Assembly: GCF_035084215.1 (NCBI RefSeq)
Contig: NW_027139328.1
Span: forward strand, 248,001 to 312,000
DNA length: 64,000 nt
Source: Heptranchias perlo
Taxonomy: Eukaryota
Direction of reading: 5' to 3'
Part shown: piece by piece, positions 37,308-47,639 of the stretch
Numbering within the stretch: the stretch's first letter is position 1
Layout of the letters: each line of letters starts with the position of its first letter
Notes under the pieces: generated by a model
The model's database searches: none
What the model saw: the letters and a program-made list of their open reading frames with translations, nothing else
What the model was told of the DNA's origin: nothing
Translations under genes and position numbers: made by a program

Positions 37308-40300
37308 CATAAGAACATAAGAACATAAGAAATTGGAGCAGGAGTAGGCCAATCGGCCCCTCGAGCCTGCTCCGCCATTCAATAAGATCATGGCTGATCT
37401 GATCCCAACCACAAATCTAAAGAACACAAGAAGTCGGAGCAGGACCCGGCCACATAGCCCCTGGGCCCTCTCCGCCACCCACAGGGCATTGACCGATCCG
37501 AACTCAGCTTCATGTCCAATTTCCTGCCCGCTCCCCATAACCCCTAATTCCCTTTACTTCTAGGAAACTGTCTATTTCTGTTTTAAATTTATCTAATGAT
37601 GTAGCTTCCACAGCTTCCTGGGGCAGCAAATTCCACAGGCCGACCACCCTCTGAGTGAAGAAGTTTCTCCTCATCTCAGTTTTGAAAGAGCAGCCCCTTA
37701 TTCTAAGATTATGCCCCCTAGTTCTAGTTTCACCCATCTTTGGGAACATCCTTACTGCATCCACCCGATCAAGACCCTTCACAATCTTATATGTTTCAAT
37801 AAGATCGCCTCTCATTCTTCTGAACTCCAATGAGTAGAGTCCCAATCTACTCAACCTCTCCTCATATGTCCGCCCCCTCATCCCCGGGATTAACCGAGTG
37901 AACCTTCTTTGTACTGCCTCGAGAGCAAGTATGTCTTTTCTTAAGTATGGAGACCAAAACTGTATGCAGTATTCCAGGTGCGGTCTCACCAATACCTTAT
38001 ATAACTGCAGCAATACCTCCTTGTTTTTATATTCTATCCCCCTAGCAATAAAAGCCAACATTCCATTGGCTTTCTTGATCACCTGCTGCACCTGCATACC
38101 AACTTTTTGATTTTCTTGCACGAGGACCCCCAGATCCCTTTGTACTGCAGTACTTTCCAGTCTCTCGCCATTAAGAAAATAACTTGCTCTCTGATTTTTC
38201 CTGCCAAAGTGCATAACCTCACATTTTCCAATATTATATTGCATCTGCCAAATCTCCGCCCACTCACCCAGCCTGTCCATATCCCCTTGCAGGTTTTTTA
38301 TGTCCTCCTCACTCTCTACTTTCCCTCCCATCTTTGTATCATCTGCAAATTTTGATATGTTGCACTCGGTCCCCTCCTCCAAATCGTTAATATAGATTGT
38401 AAAGAGTTGGGGACCCAGCACCGACCCCTGTGGAACACCACTGGTTACTGGTTGCCAGTCCGAAAATGAACCATTTATCCCAACTCTCTGCTTCCTGTTT
38501 GATAACCAATCCTCCACCCATGCCAGAATATTACCCCCAATCCCGTGATTTTTTATCTTAAGTAATAATCTTTTATGTGGCACCTTGTCGAATGCCTTCT
38601 GGAAGTCTAAATACACTACCTCCACTGGTTCCCCTTTATCCACCCTATACGTTATATCCTCGAAGAACTCAAGCAAATTTGTCAGACATGACTTCCCCTT
38701 CATAAAGCCATGCTGACTTTGTCCTATTAAATTATGCTTATCTAAATGTTCCGTTACTGTCTCCTTAATAATAGACTCCAAAATTTTACCCACCACAGAT
38801 GTTAAGCTAACTGGCCTATAATTTCCAGCCTTCTGCCTACTACCCTTTTTAAATAACGGTGTTACATTAGCAGTTTTCCAATCTGCCGGGACCTCTCCTG
38901 AGTCCAGGGAATTTTGGAAAACTATCACCAAAGCATCCACAATCCCCACTGCCACTTCCCTCAAGACCCTAGGATCGAAGCCATCAGGTCCAGGGGATTT
39001 ATCCGCCTTGAGTCCCATTATTTTACTGAGTACCATCTCTTGAGTGATTTTAATCGTATTTAGCTCCTCCCCCCCGAGAGTCCCCTGTTTGTCCAGTGTT
39101 GGGATATTCTTAGTGTCCTCTACTGTAAAGACTGAAACAAAATATTTGTTCAGCATTTTTGCCATCTCCATGTTTCCCACCATTAATTTCCCGGTCTCAT
39201 CCTCTAAGGGACCTATGTTTGCCTTAGCCACCCTTTTTCTTTTTATATAACTATAGAAACTCTTGCTATCTGTTTTTATATTTTTTGCTAATTTCTTTTC
39301 ATAATCTAACTTCCCTTTCTTAATCAATCCTTTAGTTACTTTTTGCTGTCTTTTGAAGAATTCCCAATCTTCTATCCTCCCACTAAGTTTGGCTACCTTA
39401 TATGTCCTTGTTTTTAGTCGGATACTATCCTTGATTTCTTTACTTAGCCACGGGTGGCTGTCATTTCTTTTACACCCTTTTTTCCTCAGTGGAATATATT
39501 TATTTTGAAAGTTGTAAAATAACTCCCTAAATGAACACCACTGCTCATGTACCGTCTTACCCTTTAATCTATTTTCCCAGTCCACTTTAATCAATTCCGC
39601 TCTCATACCATCATAGTCTCCTTTATTCAAGCTCAGTACGCTTGTTTGAGAATCAACCTTCTCACCCTCTAATTGGATATGGAATTCAACCATGTTGTGG
39701 TCGCTCGTTCCAAGGGGATCCTTAACTAGGACATTATTAATTAATCCTGACTCATTACACAGGACCAGGTCCAAGGTTGCCTGCCCCCTTGTAGGATCAG
39801 TTACATACTGCTCAAGAAATCCATCCCTGATGCACTCAATGAACTCGTCCTCAAGGCTGCTCTGCCCAATTTGATTTGTCCAGTTAATATGATAATTAAA
39901 ATCCCCCATAATTATGGCTGTTCCCTTATTACATGCCCCGACTATCTCCTGATTAATACTTCTTCCAGCAGAGTTGCAACTATTAGGAGGCCTATATACT
40001 ACGCCCACTAATGTTTTTTTTCCCTTATTATTCCTTATCTCCACCCAAACTGTTTCATTATCTTGATGCTTTGTCCCAATATCATTTCTCTGTATTACAG
40101 TGATTCCTTCCTTTATTAACATAGCCACCCCACCTCCCCTTCCTTCCTGCCTGTCCTTCCTGATTGTTAAATACCCTGGCATATTTAATTCCCAGTCGTT
40201 GTCACCCTGCAGCCATGTTTCTGTAATGGCCACAAGATCATACCCATACGTAGTTATTTGTGCCGTTAACTCGTCCATTTTATTACGAATGCTACGTGCA

Positions 40301-41214
40301 TTCAGATAAAGAACTTTCAAATCTGTTTTGTGACGCTTAGTTCCTGCTTTTTCCTTTTTTAACACTTTACCTATTACTCCATACCTTCTGTCCCTTCCTG
40401 TTACGCTTTCCTCTCTCTCCCTGCTCAGGTTCCCAACCCCCTGCCACTTTAGTTTAAACCCTCCCCAACAGCACTAGCAAACACTCCTCCTAGGACAGCG
40501 GTCCCGGCCCTGCCCAGGTGCAGACCGTCCGGTTTGTACTGGTCCCACCTCCCCCAGAACCGTTTCCAGTGTCCCAGGAATTTGAATCCCTCCCCCTTGC
40601 ACCATTCCTCTAGCCACGTATTCATTTGAAATATCCTCCTATTTCTACTCTGACTAGCACGTGGCACTGGCAGCAATCCTGAGATTACTACCTTTGAGGT
40701 CCTATTTTTTAATTTACCTCCTAACTCCCTATATTCTGCTTTTAGGACCTAATCCCCTTTTTTACCTATATCGTTGGTGCCTATGTGCACCACGACAGCT
40801 GGCTGTTCGCCCTCCCCCTCCAAAATGTTCTGTAGCCGCTCCGAGACATCCTTGATCCTTGCACCAGGGAGGCAACACACCATCCTGGAGTCTCGGTTGC
40901 GGCCGCAGAAACGCCTGTCTATTCCCCTTACAATTGAGTCCCCTATCACTATAGCTCTGCCACTCTTTTTCCTCCCAGCCTGTGCAGCAGAGCTACCCGT
41001 GGTGCCAGGAAGTTGGCTGCTGCTGCCTTCCCCTGATAAGTCATCCCCCCCAACAGCATCCAAAGTGGCATATCTGTTTGAGAGGGGGATGGACACAGGG
41101 GACCCCTGCACTACCTGCCTGCATCTCTTACTCTTCCTGGTGGTCACCCATTCACTTCCTGCCTGTATACCCTTTACCTGCGGTGTGACCAACTCGCTAA
41201 ACGTGCTATCCACG
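37308..41214 (-). mobile_element. Young CR1 LINE, 5'-truncated in ORF1, ORF2 intact
   Basis: Tail (ATAAGAAC)n; ORF2 37510..40365; ORF1 remnant 40449-41214 with one frameshift. The host reading frame rejoins across it (GGAGCATAAGA|GTAAGGAG). Confidence 0.95.
37510..40365 (-). CDS. CR1 ORF2p: APE endonuclease plus reverse transcriptase, 951 aa, uninterrupted
   Basis: YLNARS, ITETW, GDFN, SDH (EN); [29 protein letters not shown] (RT). The true start codon is uncertain. Confidence 0.95.
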   Translation of the reverse strand: MLKKEKAGTKRHKTDLKVLYLNARSIRNKMDELTAQITTYGYDLVAITETWLQGDNDWELNMPGYLTIRKDRQEGRGGGVAMLIKEGITVIQRNDIGTKHQDNETVWVEIRNNKGKKTLVGVVYRPPNSCNSAGRSINQEIVGACNKGTAIIMGDFNYHINWTNQIGQSSLEDEFIECIRDGFLEQYVTDPTRGQATLDLVLCNESGLINNVLVKDPLGTSDHNMVEFHIQLEGEKVDSQTSVLSLNKGDYDGMRAELIKVDWENRLKGKTVHEQWCSFRELFYNFQNKYIPLRKKGCKRNDSHPWLSKEIKDSIRLKTRTYKVAKLSGRIEDWEFFKRQQKVTKGLIKKGKLDYEKKLAKNIKTDSKSFYSYIKRKRVAKANIGPLEDETGKLMVGNMEMAKMLNKYFVSVFTVEDTKNIPTLDKQGTLGGEELNTIKITQEMVLSKIMGLKADKSPGPDGFDPRVLREVAVGIVDALVIVFQNSLDSGEVPADWKTANVTPLFKKGSRQKAGNYRPVSLTSVVGKILESIIKETVTEHLDKHNLIGQSQHGFMKGKSCLTNLLEFFEDITYRVDKGEPVEVVYLDFQKAFDKVPHKRLLLKIKNHGIGGNILAWVEDWLSNRKQRVGINGSFSDWQPVTSGVPQGSVLGPQLFTIYINDLEEGTECNISKFADDTKMGGKVESEEDIKNLQGDMDRLGEWAEIWQMQYNIGKCEVMHFGRKNQRASYFLNGERLESTAVQRDLGVLVQENQKVGMQVQQVIKKANGMLAFIARGIEYKNKEVLLQLYKVLVRPHLEYCIQFWSPYLRKDILALEAVQRRFTRLIPGMRGRTYEERLSRLGLYSLEFRRMRGDLIETYKIVKGLDRVDAVRMFPKMGETRTRGHNLRIRGCSFKTEMRRNFFTQRVVGLWNLLPQEAVEATSLDKFKTEIDSFLEVKGIRGYGERAGNWT

Positions 41215-41794
41215 TAAGGAGATCTTGCTGCAATTATATAGGGCTCTGGTGAAACCAAACCTGGAGTACTGTGTATAGTTTTGGTCTCCTGACCTAAGGA
41301 AGGACAAACTTGCCTTAGAGACGGTGCAGCGAAGGTTCACTAGATTGATTCCTGGAATGAGAGGGTTGTCCTATGAGGGGAGATTGAGTAGAATGGGCCT
41401 ATACTCTCTGGAGTTTAGAAGAATGAGAAGTGATCTCATTGAAAAGTATAATATTCTTAGAAGGCTTCACAGGGTAGATGCTGAAAGGCTGTTACCCTGA
41501 CTGGAGAGTCTAGAACCAGGGGGCATAGTCTCAGGATAAGGGGTCGGCCATTTAGGACTGAGATGAGGAGGAATTTCTTCACTCAGAGGGTTGTGAATCT
41601 TTTGAATTCTCTCCCCCAGAGGGCTGTGGATGCTCAGTCGTTGAGTATATTCAAGGCTGAGATCGATAGATTTTTGGACTCTAGGGGAATCGAGGGATAT
41701 GGGGATCGGCGTGAAAGTGTTGAATGGCGGAGCAGGCTCGAGGGGACGTACCGCCTACTCCTGCTCCTATTTCTTATGTTCTTATATTCATTGT

Positions 41795-42355
41795 CCCTGT
41801 TTCACTCCTCTCTTTCACTCTCCCTGTTTCTCTCCTCTCTTTCACTCTCCCTGTTTCTCTCCTCTCTTCCACTCTCCCTGTTTCTCTCCTCTCTTTCACT
41901 CTCCCTGTTTCTCTCCCCTCTTTCACTCTCCCTGTTTCACTCTCCCTGTTTCTCTCTCCTCTCTTTCTCTCCTCTCTTTCACTCTCCCTGTTTCACTCCT
42001 CTCTTTCACTCTCCCTGTTTCACTCCTCTCTTTCACTCTCCCTGTTTCACTCCTCTCTTTCACTCTCCCTGTTTCACTCCTCTCTTTCACTCTCCCTGTT
42101 CACTCCTCTCTTTCACTCTCCCTGTTTCACTCCTCTCTTTCACTCTCCCTGTTTCACTCCTCTCTTTCACTCTCCCTCTTTCACTCCTCTCTTTCACTCT
42201 CCCTCTTTCACTCTCCCTCTTTCACTCTCCCTCTTTCACTCTCCCTCTTTCACTCTCCCTCTTTCACTCTCCCTCTTTCACTCCCCCTCTTTCACTCCCC
42301 CTCTTTCACTCCCCCTCTTTCACTCCCCCTCTTTCACTCCCCCTCTTTCACTTTC
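41795..42355. repeat. CT-rich minisatellite (27-bp unit grading into 13-14-bp TTTCACTCTCCCTC)
   Basis: Direct tandem array. Confidence 0.95.
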
Positions 42356-42639
42356 CACTTCTTTCCATGGAATGAGCTGGGTGACAGATTTAAACATTGC
42401 CTGGTTATTCTGCCTGATAACAATGACATCCTGCTGAGTATAATTCTCATCGGACAGTCCCATTCAGTCAGCCTCCACGCCCCCCCCGACCACCATTTAT
42501 CCCCAGACTGGGGGGTGACGTCGTCTCTTAGCAACAGGGGGCTGAATCATTTCTTCCCCAGTCTGTTCAACTGGGGTCAGCAGGTCAGGAGGAAGTGGGG
42601 CCGAGAGGGGGTTAAAGTGCAGCACAGGAGCCTCCTCCC

Positions 42640-42800
42640 TCCCTCCCTCCATCGTCTCCCCCTATCAGCATATCCTTCGATTCCTTTCTCCCTCATGTGT
42701 TTATCAAGCTTCCCCTTCAATATATCCATGCTCGTCGCCTCAACTGCTCCTTGTGGCAGCGAGTTCCACATTCTCACCACTCTCTGGGTAAAGATCTCCA
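42640..42800 (-). mobile_element. Small CR1 3' fragment
   Basis: FTQRVVRMWNSLPQGAVEA..LDKHM in ORF 42577..42801. Confidence 0.75.
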
Positions 42801-43715
42801 TGAATTCCCCTCCATTAATATGTAGAGCAGAGCGTTTACCCCAATGTTACATCAGGAGCAGGTTTTGTGAAGTCGGTGAACAGCGTTCCCAATAATACAA
42901 CAGGGACTTCCTGTCCTTCCATTCTCTGGTCCTTTTCCCATTTTTTCCTTGTGATATTTTGTCTTGTATCTCAGACTGCTCTCATCAGTGATCCCCAGCT
43001 CCTTCCACCCTTGACGGTGTTTACACTGCTCTTGTATTGAGGGAAGTTTCATCGAGTGCCCAGGATAATGAACAGAAAGCCCTTTCTCTTTTGCTTTAGC
43101 TGTTGCTCCAATCCCGTGTCCCATCAGACCCTCCTTGTCTTTGAGAAGTGACAGATTGACACTGCACTGGGGCCAACTGAGAAAGACATTTATTGCTGGA
43201 CAAGGACATCAGTCAGTGAAACCTGACATTTTTACAGCAGCTTTTCACCTCTCTGGATTAAACACGTTTTTAATCCCCAGTATAATTAACCCTTTATTTG
43301 TTCTCTCGATGAGGGGTTTCTAAATCTGGGGAGAGTACGGCAAATCCTGAATTGTGCTGCCTGGTCAGACATTGTGCAGCACAAATCCATCAAAGCTGAG
43401 AGTTGGAGAGAGGAAGGTGTAGAGTAAATGGAGCAGTGATTCCAGGCCCATCTCCCAGTACCGGGCAATCTGAGACCGTTCCGATTGCTGATTCCCCTCT
43501 CTCATGACCCCTTGATCCAGGTGCTTTCGTGCAACGTTTGAAGCCACAACAGGAGAAGTGGAGCAAAAGTGGCAGAAAATAAATATTGATTAAAAATGGG
43601 AGATTGAACCGAAAGTAACAGGAAAGGAAGAGATTGAAATCAGAGAGGTTCAGCACTCTGAGGAAAAGTGGACATTTTATTTGAAAGGTGAAAGTTCAGT
43701 GAATGTGACCCTCAA

Positions 43716-44922
43716 TAGAATCATAGAATCGGACAGCACTGGAGGAGGCCATTCAGCCCATCGTGCCTGTGCCGGCTCTTTGAAAGAGCTCTCCAATTAG
43801 TCCCACTCCTCTGCCTTTTCCCCATAGCCCTGCAAAGTTTTCCCTTTCAAATATTTATCCAATTCCCTTTTGAAGTGTACAAAATTATGAGGGGCAGTGT
43901 ACAAAATTATGAGGGGCACAGATAGGATGGATACTAAGGAGCTTTTTCCCTTTGTTGAGGTTTCTATAACAAGGGGACATAGATTCAAGGTAAAAGGCGG
44001 GAGGTTGAGAGGGGATTTGAGAAAGAACTTTTTCACCCAGAGGGTGGTTGGAGTCTGGAACTCACTGCCTGAAAGGGTTGTGGAGGCAGGAACCCTCACA
44101 ACATTCAAGAAGCATTTGGATGAGCACTTGAAATGCCATAGCATACAAGGCTACGGACCAAATGCTGGAATATGGGATTAGATTAGACAGGGCTTGATGG
44201 CCGGCGCGGACACGATGGGCCGAAGGGCCTCTATCCGTGCTGTATAACTCTATGACTCTATGACTCTATGAAAGTTATTGAATCTGCTTCCACCGCCCTT
44301 TCAGGAAGTGGATTCCAGATCAGAACAACTCACTGCACGAAAATATTTCTCCTCATCTCCCCTCTGGCTCTTTTGCCAATTACCTTAAATCTGTGTCCTC
44401 TGGTTACTGACCCTCCTGCCACTGGAAACAGTTTCTCCTTATTTACTCTATCAAAACCCTTCATGATTTTGAACACCTCTATTAAATCTCCCCTTAACCT
44501 TCTCTGTTCTAAGGAGAACAATCCCAGCTTCTCCAGTCTCTCCACATAACTGAAGTCCCTCATCCCTGGAACCATTCTAGTAAATCTCCTCTGCACCCTC
44601 TCTAAGGCCTTCACATCCTTCCTAAAGTGCGGTGCCCAGAATTGAACACAATACTCCAGCTGAGGCCGAACCAGTGTTTTATAAAGGTTCAACATAACTT
44701 CCTTGCTTTTGTAGTCTATCCTCTATTTATAAAGCCCAGGATCCCATTTGCTTTTTTAACAGCTTTCTCAACCTGTCCTGCCACCTTCAATGATTTGTGT
44801 ACATACACCCCCAGGTCTCTCTGTTCCTGAACCCTCTTTAAAATTGTACCATTTATTTCTATCGCCTCTCCTCATTCTTCCTTCCAAAATGTATCACTTC
44901 ACACTTCTCTGTGTTAAATCTC
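43716..44922 (-). mobile_element. CR1 3' part containing a + strand CR1 insertion (43876-44268)
   Basis: Tail TAGAATCATAGAATC; ORF 44330..44695. The nested copy has ORF 43897..44181 and a (TATGACTC)n tail. Confidence 0.88.
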
Positions 44923-45316
44923 AGTAAAACCTCACGAACACTGTGCATAAACTCTCCCGGATTATTCAAGTCCAAACTGAGTGAAACTGCAGATTAACAG
45001 TGGGAATAGAATGCCGTTTATTCAGTGGCATTTTTACCTTCAGTGTTTATTGTTTCACCTCAGATACTCCAGGTTGTACTGAATTCTCTAATTTTCTAAT
45101 CCATGTGGAACTGACGTGATTTCGGATGATGTCACCGAGGGGCAGCATGTAGATGGGAAATAGGAGGGGGCCGAGGAACGATTCCTGGGGGGACTCCAGA
45201 GGTAAAGGTGCAGGGACACATCCCCAAGAATAGATTTTACACCATCAGAGCTCGTTTCATCATTCAGAATCTGTTTAAATTCACCACTGTAAAATTGTCA
45301 TTCTGTGTAATCCAGT

Positions 45317-46432
45317 CATAGAATCATAGAATGATACAGCGCAGAAGGAGGCCATTCGGCCCATTGCACCTGTGCCGACTCTTTGATAGAGCTAGCCAAT
45401 TAGCCCCATTCCCCCCTGCTCTTTCTCCAATTCCCATTTGAAATTATTATTGAACCTATCAGGCAGCGCATTCCAGATCACAAGTCGCTGCTTAAAAAAT
45501 ACCAATTACCTTAAATCTGTGTCCTCTGGTTACTGACCGTCTTGCCACTGGAAACAGTTTCTCCTTATTTACTCTTCATAATTTTGAATACTTCTATTAA
45601 ATCTCCCCTTAACCTTCTCTGCTCTAAGGAGAACAATCCCAGCTTCTCCAGTCTATCCACGTAACTGAAGTGCCTCATCCCTGGAACCATTCTAGTAAAT
45701 CTACCATTTACTTTCTATTGCCTCTCCTCATTCTTCCTTCCAAAATACATCACTCCACACTTCTTTGTGTTAAATTTGATCTGCCGTCTGTCTGCCCATT
45801 TCACCAGTCTGTCTAATGGAATGTTGGTCTTTATCTCGAGGGGGCTGGATTACAAAGGGGAGGAAGTTATGATTCAGTTGTACAGAGTCCTGGTCAGACC
45901 CCATCTGGAGACTGTGTTCAGTTCTGGGCACCGCACCTCAGGAAAGATAGATTGGCCTTGGAGGGAGTGCAGTGCAGATTCACCAGAATGATCCCGGGGT
46001 TTAAAGGGAGGGTGGAGAAACTTGTCTTGTATTCCCTTGAGTATCGAAGGTTGAGGGGTGATCTGATTGAGGGGTTTATAATGTTCACAGGATTCGATAG
46101 GGTGAGACGGAGAAACTATTTCCTCTGGTGGGGGAGTCAAGAACGAGGGGACATCATCTTAAAATTAGAGTGAGGTCATTTTGGAGAGAAATCAGGAATC
46201 CCATTTTCACACAGAGGGAAGTGGAAATCTGGAACTCTCTCCCCCAAAAGGCTGTGGATGTCGGGACAATTGGAGCTTTTAAGACTGCGATTGATCAGAG
46301 TTTTGTTGGGGAACGGGATCAAGGGACACGGAGCAAAGCGGGAAAATGGAGATGAGGTACAGATCAGCCATGATCTGATTGAATGGGGGAGCAGGCTCGA
46401 GGGGCTGAATGGCCTCCTCCTGTTCCTATGTT
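45317..46432. mobile_element. Two CR1 fragments (minus 45317-45812; plus 45813-46432)
   Basis: CR1 tails and C-terminal ORF2 motifs on both strands. Confidence 0.82.
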
Positions 46433-46461
46433 CTTCCCTCTGTCACTTTCTGCAACAAACT

Positions 46462-46550
46462 ACTTTCAGTTCCTTGTTTAATGATCAAATCCTGTTCAGT
46501 TCATTCTCCCTGGCAACTGAACGTGTGACGAGCAGTATTTCTCTGATTGG
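46462..46550 (+). promoter_or_regulatory. MHC promoter: ISRE-like element and X1-X2-Y module
   Basis: ACTTTCAGTTCC (46462-46473), X1-like CCCTGGCAACTG (46508-46519), CRE half-site TGACG (46526-46530) and Y box CTGATTGG (46543-46550), ~310 bp upstream of the class I ATG. Confidence 0.8.
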
Positions 46551-46859
46551 ACGGTTCAGGATATTTGGACAGTTTATTTTTACACCGACACAAACTCTCT
46601 GGGACTCCTTTGGCCGGAGTTTGCTGATTCACAGGCTGCTTTCATTCTGATTGGGCACAAACTGACTGTCCAACCAATCAATATGGAGGTGACTGAGTGA
46701 CCAGGAACATCTACTGGTTTAATCCAATCAGTGAGGAGGTGACTGAGTGACCAGGGACATCTCCTGGTTTAATACAATCAGCACAGGGACAGAGGAGACC
46801 GTCTCCTGGAAAAGGATTTCCCACAAACTGCTCATCCCAGCCTGTCGAGGGAAGCAGCA

Positions 46860-46908
46860 ATGATTGGACTGATAGTTCTGGTCGTTCTGTGTGGAGGGGT
46901 CTCTGCAG
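46860..46908 (+). CDS. UAA: MHC class I heavy chain exon 1 (signal peptide MIGLIVLVVLCGGVSA)
   Basis: ATG at 46860, hydrophobic 16-aa leader, phase-1 donor G|GTGAGT; joins exon 2 as G-SHSLRY. Confidence 0.88.
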
Positions 46909-47547
46909 GTGAGTAATGGGGTCTGAGAGGGGCTCAGTGCCAGGCTGGGTATTGGGGCATTAACCCTCGGTCAGTGGGTAATGGGGTCTGAGAGGGGCTC
47001 AGTGCCAGGCTGGGTATTGGGGCATTAACCCTCGGTCAGTGGGTAATGGGGTCTGAGAGGGGCTCAGTGCCAGGCTGGGTATTGGGGCATTAACCCTCGG
47101 TCAGTGGGTAATGGGGTCTGAGAGGGGCTCAGTGCCAGGCTGGGTATTGGGGCATTAACCCTCGGTCAGTGGGTAATGGGGTCTGAGAGGGGCTCAGTGC
47201 CAGGCTGGGTATTGGGGCATTAACCCTCGGTCAGTGAGTAATGGGGTCTGAGAGGGGCTCAGTGCCAGGCTGGGTATTGGGGCATTAACCCTCGGTCAGT
47301 GGGTAATGGGGTCTGAGAGGGGCTCAGTGCCAGGCTGGGTATTGGGGCATTAACCCTCGGTCAGTGAGTAATGGGGTCTGAGAGGGACTCAGTGCCAGGC
47401 TGGGTATTGGGGCATTAACCCTCGGTCAGTGGGTAATGGGGTCTGAGAGGGGCTCAGTGCCAGGCTGGGTATTGGGGCATTAACCCTCGGTCAGTGGGTA
47501 TTGGTGTCTGAGAGGGACTCAGTGCCAGGCTGGGTATTGGGGCATTA
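46909..47547. repeat. Minisatellite, 65 bp unit starting exactly at the intron-1 donor, ~10 copies
   Basis: Unit GTG(A/G)GTAATGGGGTCTGAGAGGGGCTCAGTGCCAGGCTGGGTATTGGGGCATTAACCCTCGGTCA. Confidence 0.97.
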
Positions 47548-47639
47548 AGAGACCGGGTTGGGGAGCGGGGAGCTGGAGAGAGAGAGAGACGTACAGGGGC
47601 ACAGGGCTGGAGAGTGGGAGTGGAGAGAGCAGCATCGCA

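Larger units (their letters stand above)
31690..41785 (+). mobile_element. Old rearranged CR1 acting as host for multiple nested insertions
   Basis: 5'UTR-like sequence at 31690-32300; degenerate EN/RT at 34740-37307 ([24 protein letters not shown]); continues at 41215 to a 3' tail at ~41785. Confidence 0.75.

Noticed and set aside
42850-43130. Possible hAT/GTF2IRD2-like transposase trace (LEQQLKQK..LSWALDET on minus)
   Set aside because: Needs a frameshift, and similarity does not clearly extend; too short to support without a search.
46808-46822. NF-kB-like site AGGATTTCCC
   Set aside because: Imperfect match and downstream of the SXY module, unlike enhancer A; may lie in the 5'UTR.
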